In this document: positions 36,118 through 44,400 of the stretch, piece after piece
Layout of the letters: each line of letters begins with the position of its first letter
Numbering within the stretch: the first letter of the stretch is position 1
Program-made: the position numbers and the translations under genes
The notes under the pieces: model-generated
Database searches by the model: none
What the model saw: the letters and a program-made list of their open reading frames with translations, nothing else
Told to the model about the DNA's origin: nothing
DNA from: an uncultured Gemmatimonadales bacterium
Lineage (GTDB): Bacteria; Gemmatimonadota; Gemmatimonadetes; Gemmatimonadales; GWC2-71-9
DNA: 64,000 nt
Direction of reading: 5' to 3'
Assembly (NCBI GenBank): GCA_963844035.1
Contig: CAWJMT010000031.1
Coordinates: forward strand, 32,001-96,000

Positions 36118-37009
36118 TCACTTCGCCTCGCGCAGCTCGAGCGTGGTCGACTGCTTCGCGGTCACGGTCGTTCCGTCCGCCATGCCCCCCCGGATGTGGA
36201 TGCGCACGGTCCCGCTCCTCGACGAGCGCAGCACGGCACCCCGGCGCACGGAGAACCGCTGTTCCCCGGTCAGGCGTCCTGACAACTTGAGGGTGAGGAC
36301 ATGACCCTCCTGCATGACCTTGATCGGGTCGCTGGGGAACGTGGTCTCGAGTGCGACCCGCAGCGTGGTGTCGAGCTCGCTGGCTTCGATGTCCTTCACT
36401 GTGAGTTTCGTCTTCGCCTTCAAGGGGCTGCCGCCGGTCATCTCCCCGAGTGGCGCCTCGACCTCCACGGTCCACGAGTCCCCAACGCCGACGGCTCGGG
36501 TGGGCAGGGGGAACGCCGCCTCCTTCAGACTCTTGCCGAACTGCTGGGCGAGGGGCGAGGGCTGCGCGCCGGCGTTGAGCAACTCCGCCCGCACGACAGT
36601 CATGCTGGAATCGTACACCACGGCGCTCGTGAGCCCCACGATGTTGTTGAGGGCTCGCCGAGCCGGATTCGCCGCCATCAGGGGCGAGTCCAGACGGGTG
36701 GAATCCACCCTGGCGGTGACTGCGATGCCCCCTGTGGTCGGGCCATTCACCGTCTGGGTGAATTGCATGTGCATCGCCATCTGCTGCTCGGGTATCTTCG
36801 CGGTCGAGTCCCCTTCGAACGTGATGTCGAAATACTGATCCAGGTTGTAATGATAGACTGCCCCCGCCGGCGGGTGGTACGTCAGGGTCACCTTGGTCGC
36901 GTCGCCGCCGCCGCACCCCACTGGCAGCCGCGAGGGCCGGAAGGATGGCGGCGAAGAGCAGCCAGCGCGACGCGAGCGTGGAGCGGTCCCTCAGATCAGT
37001 ACGGGTCAT
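36118..37009 (-). CDS. Beta-rich lipoprotein of unknown function (frameshift near 36918)
   Basis: Reconstructed MTRTDLRDRSTLASRWLLFAAILPALAAASG-C lipobox; FPLPTRAVGVGDSWT motif (DUF6263-like, uncertain). Start overlaps the herA end. Confidence 0.65.
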
Positions 37010-38957
37010 CGCCGATCGGATTGAGCGGCGGCACGGCCTCGCGCGGCCGGTCGGGCGCCGCGGCGGCCACCCGCTGTCCCAGGGCGCGCCGGAACACACC
37101 GAGCGGATCGTCGGAGCGCGCCCGCCGGGTCGAGGCGAGCGCGCGGCGGACGTCGTCGGGCGTACGGTCCGCGATCAGGTCCTTGATCTGGTTCGGCCGC
37201 GCCCGGGAATCGAGCCGCACGAGCTGGCGCACCACGGCGTCCTCGAACGGCAGGTCGGTGGCCGGCGGAAACCGCTCCACGCCGTCCCGGCCGCGCAGCA
37301 CCGCGGGCCGCGGAAACCGCACGAAGATCGGCTGCGTGAAATGGGGATGGCGCACCATCAGCTCACCCACGGGGAGCGTGGCCAGCTTGATCTTGATCGC
37401 GGGTGACAGCACCTGGTATCCCGGCGTGGCCAGCTCGTCGTAGTCCATCCGGCCGTACACGGTCGTCGCGGCGTTGCCGACCACGCGGCGGTGGATTTGC
37501 GAGCGGAATTGCTCGGCGCCGAAGAGCACGAGGCCAAGGTAACGTCCGCGCTCAGAGATATCGAGCAACATCTTTTTCACGTACGTCTCCGGTCCGTCCG
37601 CCGATGCGTACTTGTTGAGCTCGTCCACAAACACCACCACCGCATCGACTCCCAGGTCGCGCCGCTCGAGGTGCTCGCGCAGTTTGGAGACGACGCGCGC
37701 AAACACGAGGTCCTGGCCGAGCAGATCCACGTTCGCCACGTCCACCACGTACACGGTGCGGTCCTCGAGCGAGCCCCAAGGCAGATCGTTCGACGGCCCG
37801 TCGTCGGCAACGAGACCCTTGCAACGCGTCGAGATGTTCGAGAGGCGGTTCCGCACCTTGCGGATCGTCGCGATATGGTGGGTGCGCCACATGTCGCCGC
37901 GCCCCGCCGACTCGAGCCCGTCGAAGATGGCGCGAAACAGCGCGTCGAGATCGGCGAACGTCTGCACCCGGTGGGTGCCGCCGAAGCCGTCGGCGAAGTC
38001 CTTGTTGAGCACGCGGTCGGAGAGAAAGTCGATGAACGCGTCGGCCTTCGCGTCGATGTCGTCTCGATTCAACAGCACTTCGGCAAAATCGAGCACTTCC
38101 TGGAGGCCCCACACCAGCGGCTCGACATCACCCACCAGCTCGGGGTGGGTGCGCAGCGTATTGAGGTTCACGCCGTCGGCCTTGAAGGGCGCGTAGTAGC
38201 GCACGCCGGCAAACGGCTGTGGCGCGATGCCGAGCCGTTCGTAGCGGCGCCGATCGGCATCGTCGAGGCTGCCCGGCTGGTCGAGAAAACAGAGGTCGGG
38301 CCCTTTGACGTTGAAACAGACCGCGGCGACCTTGCCCTTGTGCGCCGGGAAGTGCTGAAAGATGGAAGAGAGCAGGAACTCGACCGCACTCGTCTTGGTC
38401 GCGAGCCCCGACACACCGGAGATGTTCAGGTGCGCCGCTTCGGGACCGAGCAGGAAGTCCGCATCGAGATAAACGGGAGCCTCGAGCCCCCCGGATGTGT
38501 AGAGGCCGAGCGGAATCCCGGTGGGCGTGGCGGAGGTGAGATACGCGTCCATGCGGAGCGCTTGCGCGACGTCTGCGTCCGTCGCCACGAACACCTGCCC
38601 CAGCGGCACGGGTTGCAGCGGCTCTTCCGGCTGCTGGCGCAGCACCGCGGCGGTCCACAGGCGGATTTCCTGGCGCATCGTGGGATTCTCGGCAGCGCGG
38701 GCGGGGTCCCCCTCCGCGCCGATCACGTCGTGCAGCGGGGTCGCCAGATCCGAATACGCGAACCCGTCAGTCACCACACCGTGCACCACACGTTCCCCGT
38801 TGCCCGTTCCCCGTTCCCCGTCTTCGACGCGGACGATGGCCCCGATGCCGATCGTGGTCTCGGTCGCGGTCCAGAAATGGAATTGATGCGGCGTGGCGGG
38901 CTTGAGCTCGGTTGCCACGACGCGGCCGATCGGGACGGCACTGCTGCGCTGGATCAC
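36996..38957 (-). CDS. herA: HerA-family ATPase/translocase
   Basis: N-terminal HAS-like barrel, variant Walker A ISGVSGLATKTS, VCFNVKG, Walker B VVFVDELNKY, RGRYLG, GAEQ. Confidence 0.82.
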   Translation of the reverse strand: MIQRSSAVPIGRVVATELKPATPHQFHFWTATETTIGIGAIVRVEDGERGTGNGERVVHGVVTDGFAYSDLATPLHDVIGAEGDPARAAENPTMRQEIRLWTAAVLRQQPEEPLQPVPLGQVFVATDADVAQALRMDAYLTSATPTGIPLGLYTSGGLEAPVYLDADFLLGPEAAHLNISGVSGLATKTSAVEFLLSSIFQHFPAHKGKVAAVCFNVKGPDLCFLDQPGSLDDADRRRYERLGIAPQPFAGVRYYAPFKADGVNLNTLRTHPELVGDVEPLVWGLQEVLDFAEVLLNRDDIDAKADAFIDFLSDRVLNKDFADGFGGTHRVQTFADLDALFRAIFDGLESAGRGDMWRTHHIATIRKVRNRLSNISTRCKGLVADDGPSNDLPWGSLEDRTVYVVDVANVDLLGQDLVFARVVSKLREHLERRDLGVDAVVVFVDELNKYASADGPETYVKKMLLDISERGRYLGLVLFGAEQFRSQIHRRVVGNAATTVYGRMDYDELATPGYQVLSPAIKIKLATLPVGELMVRHPHFTQPIFVRFPRPAVLRGRDGVERFPPATDLPFEDAVVRQLVRLDSRARPNQIKDLIADRTPDDVRRALASTRRARSDDPLGVFRRALGQRVAAAAPDRPREAVPPLNPIGDDPY

Positions 38958-39958
38958 GTGCCCGTCTTCGGAAGGCGGGAGGTGGACCGCGGGAGCAGAT
39001 CCCGGGGGGCGCGGGTCTTCAGATACGTCTCCACATCATGAATGGGGTAAAGTAGCCGGTCCCAGCGCGGGTCGGGGGTGGAGATCGGCGCGCGCTCGCG
39101 CACCAGCCAGCCGCTCGCCCGGGACGCGGCGGCCACGCCCTCGTCGCGCGCGCACGCTTCGATCCGCAGCAGGCCGAAGAGCAGGTCATTCCCTTCCCAC
39201 GGCCACAGCCGCAGGTACCAGGAGAAGACCTGGTGCCGCGCCCGGCCGCGCGGCCGAAACACGCTCGTGCGGTGCAGCGCCGGAAGGGTGAGCGCGCGGG
39301 TCAGATCGTCGCCCTCGAAGTACTGCGCTCCGTGGCTCTTGATCACACCGAGCGCGCGGGGGTGATCGGCCAGGACGGCGGACTCGGAGAGCACGCCATC
39401 CACCACCAGCCACTCTTCCGGCGCGAGCGAGCGCACGTGCCGCTCGCCCACGCTCTTCTCGACGGCGACGCGGATGTTCTCGACCGCGCGCCGCGCCGCT
39501 TCGAGGGCGCGTCCCGGTTGCGCCGCCTCCTCCGCAACATCCACCAGCTCGATCCCGCTGGCGTCGAGCGCGGCCCGCACGCCGGGGCGCAGCGCCTGGA
39601 GTGAGGCGACGTGGAATTCGCGCGTCGCTTCCACCACGGTGCGGAGCCGCCGTCCGGCGGCGCGGCGCCGCACCGCTGCGGCCACGTGGGCCCGCACGAT
39701 CGGCACGACGCCGTCGTAGTAGGTCACCTTCCAGCGCTGGATACCGTCGAGGAACGACACGACCGGAGGAGGCGATGCCGCCGTGTCGACGGCGTGCACC
39801 CGGAGCTCGGCGTCCTCCACCAGCTCGGCCCCCGCGACCTCTGTCAGATCGGTCCGCCCCAGGCTCTCGTCCGGGACGTGCGACGCCGGCACCGCACCCG
39901 CCGCCACTAACGCGTCGGTCCAGCGCGCGGCCAGGGTCAGCGGGTCCTCAGGGCCCAA
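38954..39958 (-). CDS. nurA: NurA-like RNase H-fold nuclease
   Basis: FLDGIQR, WLVVDGVL, GVIKSH, DPRWDRLLYPIHDVETYLK; GTGA overlap with herA. Start uncertain (39940 or 39958). Confidence 0.72.
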   Translation of the reverse strand: MGPEDPLTLAARWTDALVAAGAVPASHVPDESLGRTDLTEVAGAELVEDAELRVHAVDTAASPPPVVSFLDGIQRWKVTYYDGVVPIVRAHVAAAVRRRAAGRRLRTVVEATREFHVASLQALRPGVRAALDASGIELVDVAEEAAQPGRALEAARRAVENIRVAVEKSVGERHVRSLAPEEWLVVDGVLSESAVLADHPRALGVIKSHGAQYFEGDDLTRALTLPALHRTSVFRPRGRARHQVFSWYLRLWPWEGNDLLFGLLRIEACARDEGVAAASRASGWLVRERAPISTPDPRWDRLLYPIHDVETYLKTRAPRDLLPRSTSRLPKTGT

Positions 39959-40665
39959 CCGATGTAGGTGACCGTCGTGTCGTCGATGAGGGATCGACTG
40001 CCGTCGCCCGCGCGCCCCACCCCGCTCATCTCCTGCACCACCATGCCGTGACGCGCGAGCTGTTCGGTCAGATCGGCGGGCGGGATGAAGCGGGCGAAAT
40101 CATGGAAACCCTCGGGCATGGTGTGCTCCACGTATTCCTCTTCCCAGATCAGCCGCAGGAACGCGGCGATCGTGCGGTTGTGCGTCAGGAAGCCGAGTCC
40201 GCCCCCGGGGGCCAGCACCGTGGCGATGGCGGCCAGGGTGCGGTCCAGGTTGTCCACGTGCTCCAGCACGTCCACGGCGAAGACGAGGTCGAAGGTGCCT
40301 TCGATCCCCGTGCCCGTCAGGTCCTCGCCGGTACCCCGGTAGTATTCGATCGACAGTCCGGTCTGTGCGGCGTGGTCCCGCGCGGCCGCCAGCGATTTCT
40401 CCGACGGGTCGACCCCGGTCACCACCGCGCCTTCGCGGGCGAGGGCCTCCGACAAGATCCCGCCGCCGCAGCCGACATCCAAGACCCGTTTACCGCCGAA
40501 CCCGCCGAAGGCGTGGCGAAAGTACTCCACGCGGATGGCATTGAGCTGATGCAGTCCCGCGAACGGGCCCTCGCTGCTCCACCATACGCCGGGCGTGCGC
40601 TCCACCAGCCGCTCGTACTTGGCCGCCTCCGGGAGCCCGCCCAACCGCGGTAGGGGATCGCTCAT
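39937..40665 (-). CDS. UbiG-like class I SAM O-methyltransferase
   Basis: WW..EGPF..LHQLN..R, VLDVGCGGGILSEALA, VLEHV, HDFARFI. Confidence 0.8.
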   Translation of the reverse strand: MSDPLPRLGGLPEAAKYERLVERTPGVWWSSEGPFAGLHQLNAIRVEYFRHAFGGFGGKRVLDVGCGGGILSEALAREGAVVTGVDPSEKSLAAARDHAAQTGLSIEYYRGTGEDLTGTGIEGTFDLVFAVDVLEHVDNLDRTLAAIATVLAPGGGLGFLTHNRTIAAFLRLIWEEEYVEHTMPEGFHDFARFIPPADLTEQLARHGMVVQEMSGVGRAGDGSRSLIDDTTVTYIGWALRTR

Positions 40666-41294
40666 GAGCCCACCTTCACCGCGACCACCACGCCGTCACG
40701 GATCGGCACGACGGACGAAACGAGCCGCGGGTCGGAGGCGGCGAGCAGGTTGAACGCGCGGACACCCGCCGTGTCGGGAGACTGGTCCGCGGGATCCACC
40801 ACGGCGCCGTGGAAAAACGCGTTGTCGCACAACAGCAGTCCGCCGGCGCGCAGCAGCTTGAGGCTCCACTCGAAATACTGAGGAAGGTTCGCCTTGTCGG
40901 CATCCAGGAAAATGGCGTCGAATCCGGGCTTTAGCGTGGGCAGCACGTCGAGCGCCGCCCCTTCGAGCACCTGGACCTGCGCGCTCAACCCGGCCTCAGC
41001 GAACGCCTGGCGGGCGAGCGATGCGTGGCGCGGGTCTTTCTCGATGGTGGTCAGGCGGCCGCCCGCCGGTAGCGCGCGTGCCAGCCAGACGCCGCTGTAC
41101 CCGGCAAGCGATCCGACTTCGAGCACCGTGGTCGCCCGCACGGCGCGCAGCAGCACGTGCAGCAGTTTGCCTTCGTCCGCGGAGATGTGAATCGGGGGGA
41201 GCTTGAGCCCGGCCTGGCGCGCGCGGATGGTGGTGAGAATCGCGTCTTCGACGGCAAACAGCTCGGTGGCGTAGCGCTCGAGCCGTTCGTCCAC
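40662..41294 (-). CDS. Caffeoyl-CoA-type (cation-dependent) O-methyltransferase
   Basis: VLEVGSLAGYSGVWLA, FDAIFLDADK, GGLLLCDN, IRDG. Confidence 0.88.
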   Translation of the reverse strand: MDERLERYATELFAVEDAILTTIRARQAGLKLPPIHISADEGKLLHVLLRAVRATTVLEVGSLAGYSGVWLARALPAGGRLTTIEKDPRHASLARQAFAEAGLSAQVQVLEGAALDVLPTLKPGFDAIFLDADKANLPQYFEWSLKLLRAGGLLLCDNAFFHGAVVDPADQSPDTAGVRAFNLLAASDPRLVSSVVPIRDGVVVAVKVGS

Positions 41295-41296
41295 GT

Positions 41297-41812
41297 TCAG
41301 GCGGTGGCCTCAAGGTTGGGGAATGGCGGCACCTCCGCGAGCCACAGCCCGGCGATGCGGGCCTGTTTGTCGACTTCGACCAGGAGGTGGTCGGCCACCC
41401 GTACGACGCTGACCGGACGCGGGCGCCCGAACCGCAGGTGGAAGACGGTTTCGCCGGCGTTCTTCTCGACCGTGAGCGCCGTGTCCACCTCGACGGCCGC
41501 CACGCCGGGCTGCGATTTGCGGCTGGGGAACACCACGCGGCCGTCCTTCGCGGCGGCGGGCGTCGCCAGGTCGGGCATGGTCCGCACCTCGTCGGGCCAG
41601 GCCACCACATCCACGCCGCGCAAGCTGCCGCCCGCGACGTCGATGACCACGAACGAGCCGTCGGCGCCCGACAGGTCCACGGTGCCGTTGAGCCCCTTGG
41701 TGGTCGCGCCACCCTTGCAGGCGACCGAGAGGATGTCGGTTTCCGGGTCCCAGCGGTAGGTCACCTTGGGAAGGGCTCCGGACAGTGGCTCAATGCGCGC
41801 TTCGAGGTTCAT
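41297..41812 (-). CDS. Hypothetical protein, possibly tandem DUF2283-like domains
   Basis: YRWDPETDILSV and LLVEVDKQARIAGLWL resemble DUF2283 ends; first gene of the long minus-strand operon. Confidence 0.6.
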   Translation of the reverse strand: MNLEARIEPLSGALPKVTYRWDPETDILSVACKGGATTKGLNGTVDLSGADGSFVVIDVAGGSLRGVDVVAWPDEVRTMPDLATPAAAKDGRVVFPSRKSQPGVAAVEVDTALTVEKNAGETVFHLRFGRPRPVSVVRVADHLLVEVDKQARIAGLWLAEVPPFPNLEATA

Positions 41813-41854
41813 ATAAGGGGCGGGTAATATAGCGCCAGACTCGGGAGGAGCGCG

Positions 41855-43090
41855 ATGCAACGGCGGGAGTTTGTGACGGCGGCAGGAGCGGCGCTGGTGT
41901 CTGGGCGGGAAGGCGGGAAGGCGGGAAGGCGGGTGAATGATCCCGGCCTCCCGCCTTCCCGCCTTCCCGCCGTTCTTCCTCAAGAGCCCACGCTCGGCCC
42001 GGCGATATTCGCTCAACGCATCGCGCGCGCGCAGGCCGAGCTCACGACGCGCAAGTGGGACATGCTCATCGTCGTGCCCAGTGCCAACTATCGCTACTTC
42101 ACCGGTGACCACCCGGGTACGAGCGAGCGCCTGATCGCGCTGATCGTGCCGGCGGCGGGCGATCCCGCCATCGTGTGCCCGGCATTCGAAGTGGACCGCA
42201 TCAAGGCGCATGCGGGCATTCGCGACATCCGCGGCTGGGAGGAGCACGACAACCCGTACGACCTGGTGAAAAAAGTCCTCCGGGCCCGGAAGCCGCGCGG
42301 CACCGGGACGATCGCCCTCGAGGCATCCACCGCGTTCAGCACATTCGTCGGATTGAAGGATGCGCTCGACGGCTGGAAGTTCGAGGACGCGACGGGCGTG
42401 ACGACGCGGCTGCGGCTGATCAAGACTCCGGAGGAAATCGCCTTGATCCGGCGCGCCATCGCCATCACCGAAGAGGCGCTGGCGGCCACGTTCGCACAGC
42501 TCGCGGTCGGGATGAGCGAGCAAGACACGGCGCGGTTGCTTGCGAATGAGATGGAAAAGCGCGGCGCCGAGGGCGACGGCCTGGTGCAGTTCGGCGCGTC
42601 GAGCGCCTTGCCCCATGGCGGACCGGCCGGCGCCACCCTCGAGCGGGAGTCGCCCGTCCTCATCGACTGCGGCTGCCGGGTGGCGGGCTACACCTCCGAC
42701 ATCACCCGCACGATCTGGTTCGGGGAGCACCCCACCCTCGAGTTCACGAAGGTCTACAACCTGGTCCACGACGCCCAGACCGCCGCGATCCAGCTTGGGA
42801 AGCCGCTGTTTACACCCTGCCAGGAGATGGACCGGGCCGCACGCCGGGTGATCACGGAAGGCGGGTTCGGGCCCCAGTTCACCCACCGTCTGGGCCACGG
42901 CATCGGCCTCGACATCCACGAGCCGCCGTATCTGGTCGAAGGAAACGAAACCCGCCTCGAGCCCGGGATGGTGTTCACCGTGGAACCCGGGATCTATCAG
43001 GCGGGGAAGTTCGGTGTGAGGATCGAGGACGACTGCGTGATGACCGAGAGCGGCGTGGTGGTGCTCAGTCAGCGACCGGCGAAGCTCTAA
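41855..43090 (+). CDS. Xaa-Pro dipeptidase/aminopeptidase (M24) with Tat-like signal
   Basis: MQRREFV; creatinase-like N-domain; DCGC...YTSDITRT, HRLGHGIGLDIHE, TVEPGIY, GVRIED. Confidence 0.9.
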   Translation: MQRREFVTAAGAALVSGREGGKAGRRVNDPGLPPSRLPAVLPQEPTLGPAIFAQRIARAQAELTTRKWDMLIVVPSANYRYFTGDHPGTSERLIALIVPAAGDPAIVCPAFEVDRIKAHAGIRDIRGWEEHDNPYDLVKKVLRARKPRGTGTIALEASTAFSTFVGLKDALDGWKFEDATGVTTRLRLIKTPEEIALIRRAIAITEEALAATFAQLAVGMSEQDTARLLANEMEKRGAEGDGLVQFGASSALPHGGPAGATLERESPVLIDCGCRVAGYTSDITRTIWFGEHPTLEFTKVYNLVHDAQTAAIQLGKPLFTPCQEMDRAARRVITEGGFGPQFTHRLGHGIGLDIHEPPYLVEGNETRLEPGMVFTVEPGIYQAGKFGVRIEDDCVMTESGVVVLSQRPAKL

Positions 43091-43099
43091 CCTGGAAGA

Positions 43100-44287
43100 T
43101 CAGTCCCTGAGTTTCTTCGCAAACTCCACGATCTTGCCAAGCGCCCGTTCAACGTCGTTTGTCGCTGCGGCATAGGACATCCGCACGTAGCGATCGTCTC
43201 CAAAAGCGGCGCCCGGAACCATCGCTACACCGGTGGTGGTAATGAGCCGCGTACAGAACTCCGTCCCGCTGATGCCCCCGAACGAGTCCACTCGAAAGAA
43301 GAAGTAGAAGGCGCCCAACGGATCGACGAACTCCACGCCGGGGAGGTCACGTCGGAAGCGCCCGACGACGATATCGCGGCGCTTGCGGAATTCGGCGACC
43401 ATCCGTAACACGTCTTGCTCCACCCGCTCGTCGGCGAGCGCGGCCGCGGCGGCGTATTGCGCCGGATGATTGGCACCGGTCGTCGTGTGCGACTGCAGCG
43501 CCGCCATCGTCTTGGCCACCTTCGACGGGGCGAGCGCCAGCCCGATGCGCCATCCCGTCATCGCGTACGCCTTGCTCACGCCGTAAATCACGATCACGCG
43601 CTCGAGCATCTCGTCGGGCAGATCCAGGAACGACGGCGCCGGGCCGGGGCCGTAATGGATCCGCCGATAGATCTCGTCGGCGATCACCCAGACCTTCTTC
43701 TCCATGGCCCACTGCGCGATCGCCTTGATCTCGCCGTGCGTGTAGACGCCGCCGGTCGGGTTGCAGGGAGAGCACAGGATCAGTCCCTGCGTGCCGGGCA
43801 CCACCCGATCGAGGTCGCGCACGCCGACCTTGAGACTCCACTCCGGGTCCCCCGGCACGAGCACGGGACGGGCGCGCGCGAGGTGGACGATCTGCGGATA
43901 CGACACCCAGGCCGGCGCCGGAATCGCCACGACGTCGCTCGGGCCGAACAGGGTGAAGCAGACGTTGAAGAGCGACTGCTTGGAGCCGTTCGAGACGACG
44001 ATGTTGTCGGCGTTGACGGGGCGGCCGCCCGAGAGCACGGAGAGATGCTTGGCGGCTGCGGCACGCAGCTCGAGGATCCCCTCGTTCGCGGGATAGTGCG
44101 TCTTGCCGTCGCGGATCGCCCGCATCCCCGCCTCGGTGGGAATCGACGGCGTGGGAAAGTCGGGCTCGCCCGCGCCCAGGTCGATCACGTCCTCCCCGGC
44201 GGCGCGCCGCCGCTTGGCTTCCTGGGAGATCGCGATCGTTGCCGAGGTTTCGAGGTGCTGCAGGTTGGGTGAGAACCCTTGGCTCAT
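43100..44287 (-). CDS. PLP-dependent class I aminotransferase (aspartate aminotransferase-like)
   Basis: GEPDFPTP, GSKQ, SPCNPTG, DEIY, SKAYAMTGWRIG. Confidence 0.92.
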   Translation of the reverse strand: MSQGFSPNLQHLETSATIAISQEAKRRRAAGEDVIDLGAGEPDFPTPSIPTEAGMRAIRDGKTHYPANEGILELRAAAAKHLSVLSGGRPVNADNIVVSNGSKQSLFNVCFTLFGPSDVVAIPAPAWVSYPQIVHLARARPVLVPGDPEWSLKVGVRDLDRVVPGTQGLILCSPCNPTGGVYTHGEIKAIAQWAMEKKVWVIADEIYRRIHYGPGPAPSFLDLPDEMLERVIVIYGVSKAYAMTGWRIGLALAPSKVAKTMAALQSHTTTGANHPAQYAAAAALADERVEQDVLRMVAEFRKRRDIVVGRFRRDLPGVEFVDPLGAFYFFFRVDSFGGISGTEFCTRLITTTGVAMVPGAAFGDDRYVRMSYAAATNDVERALGKIVEFAKKLRD

Positions 44288-44312
44288 GCGTCAATATCCC
44301 CACGCGCAATGT

Positions 44313-44340
44313 GTGCGGGCAAGGCATGCCTTGCCCCTAC
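44313..44340 (-). repeat. GTAG-type REP element
   Basis: Minus strand reads GTAG-GGGCAAGGCATGCCTTGCCC: a GTAG foot followed by a perfect 20-bp palindrome (44317-44336). Confidence 0.65.
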
Positions 44341-44400
44341 CCCGCCCGGACGCTAGCATCCCGCCAGCACAAGAACCGCCCTTTGACAATCGAGGATCGT

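Noticed and set aside
32513..39958. Wadjet/MksBEFG, Lamassu or Sir2-HerA defence system
   Set aside because: The SMC-like protein has a Rad50 zinc hook and is paired with an Mre11 nuclease. No kleisin/KITE, Toprim or Sir2 partner is present, and the flanks are housekeeping genes.
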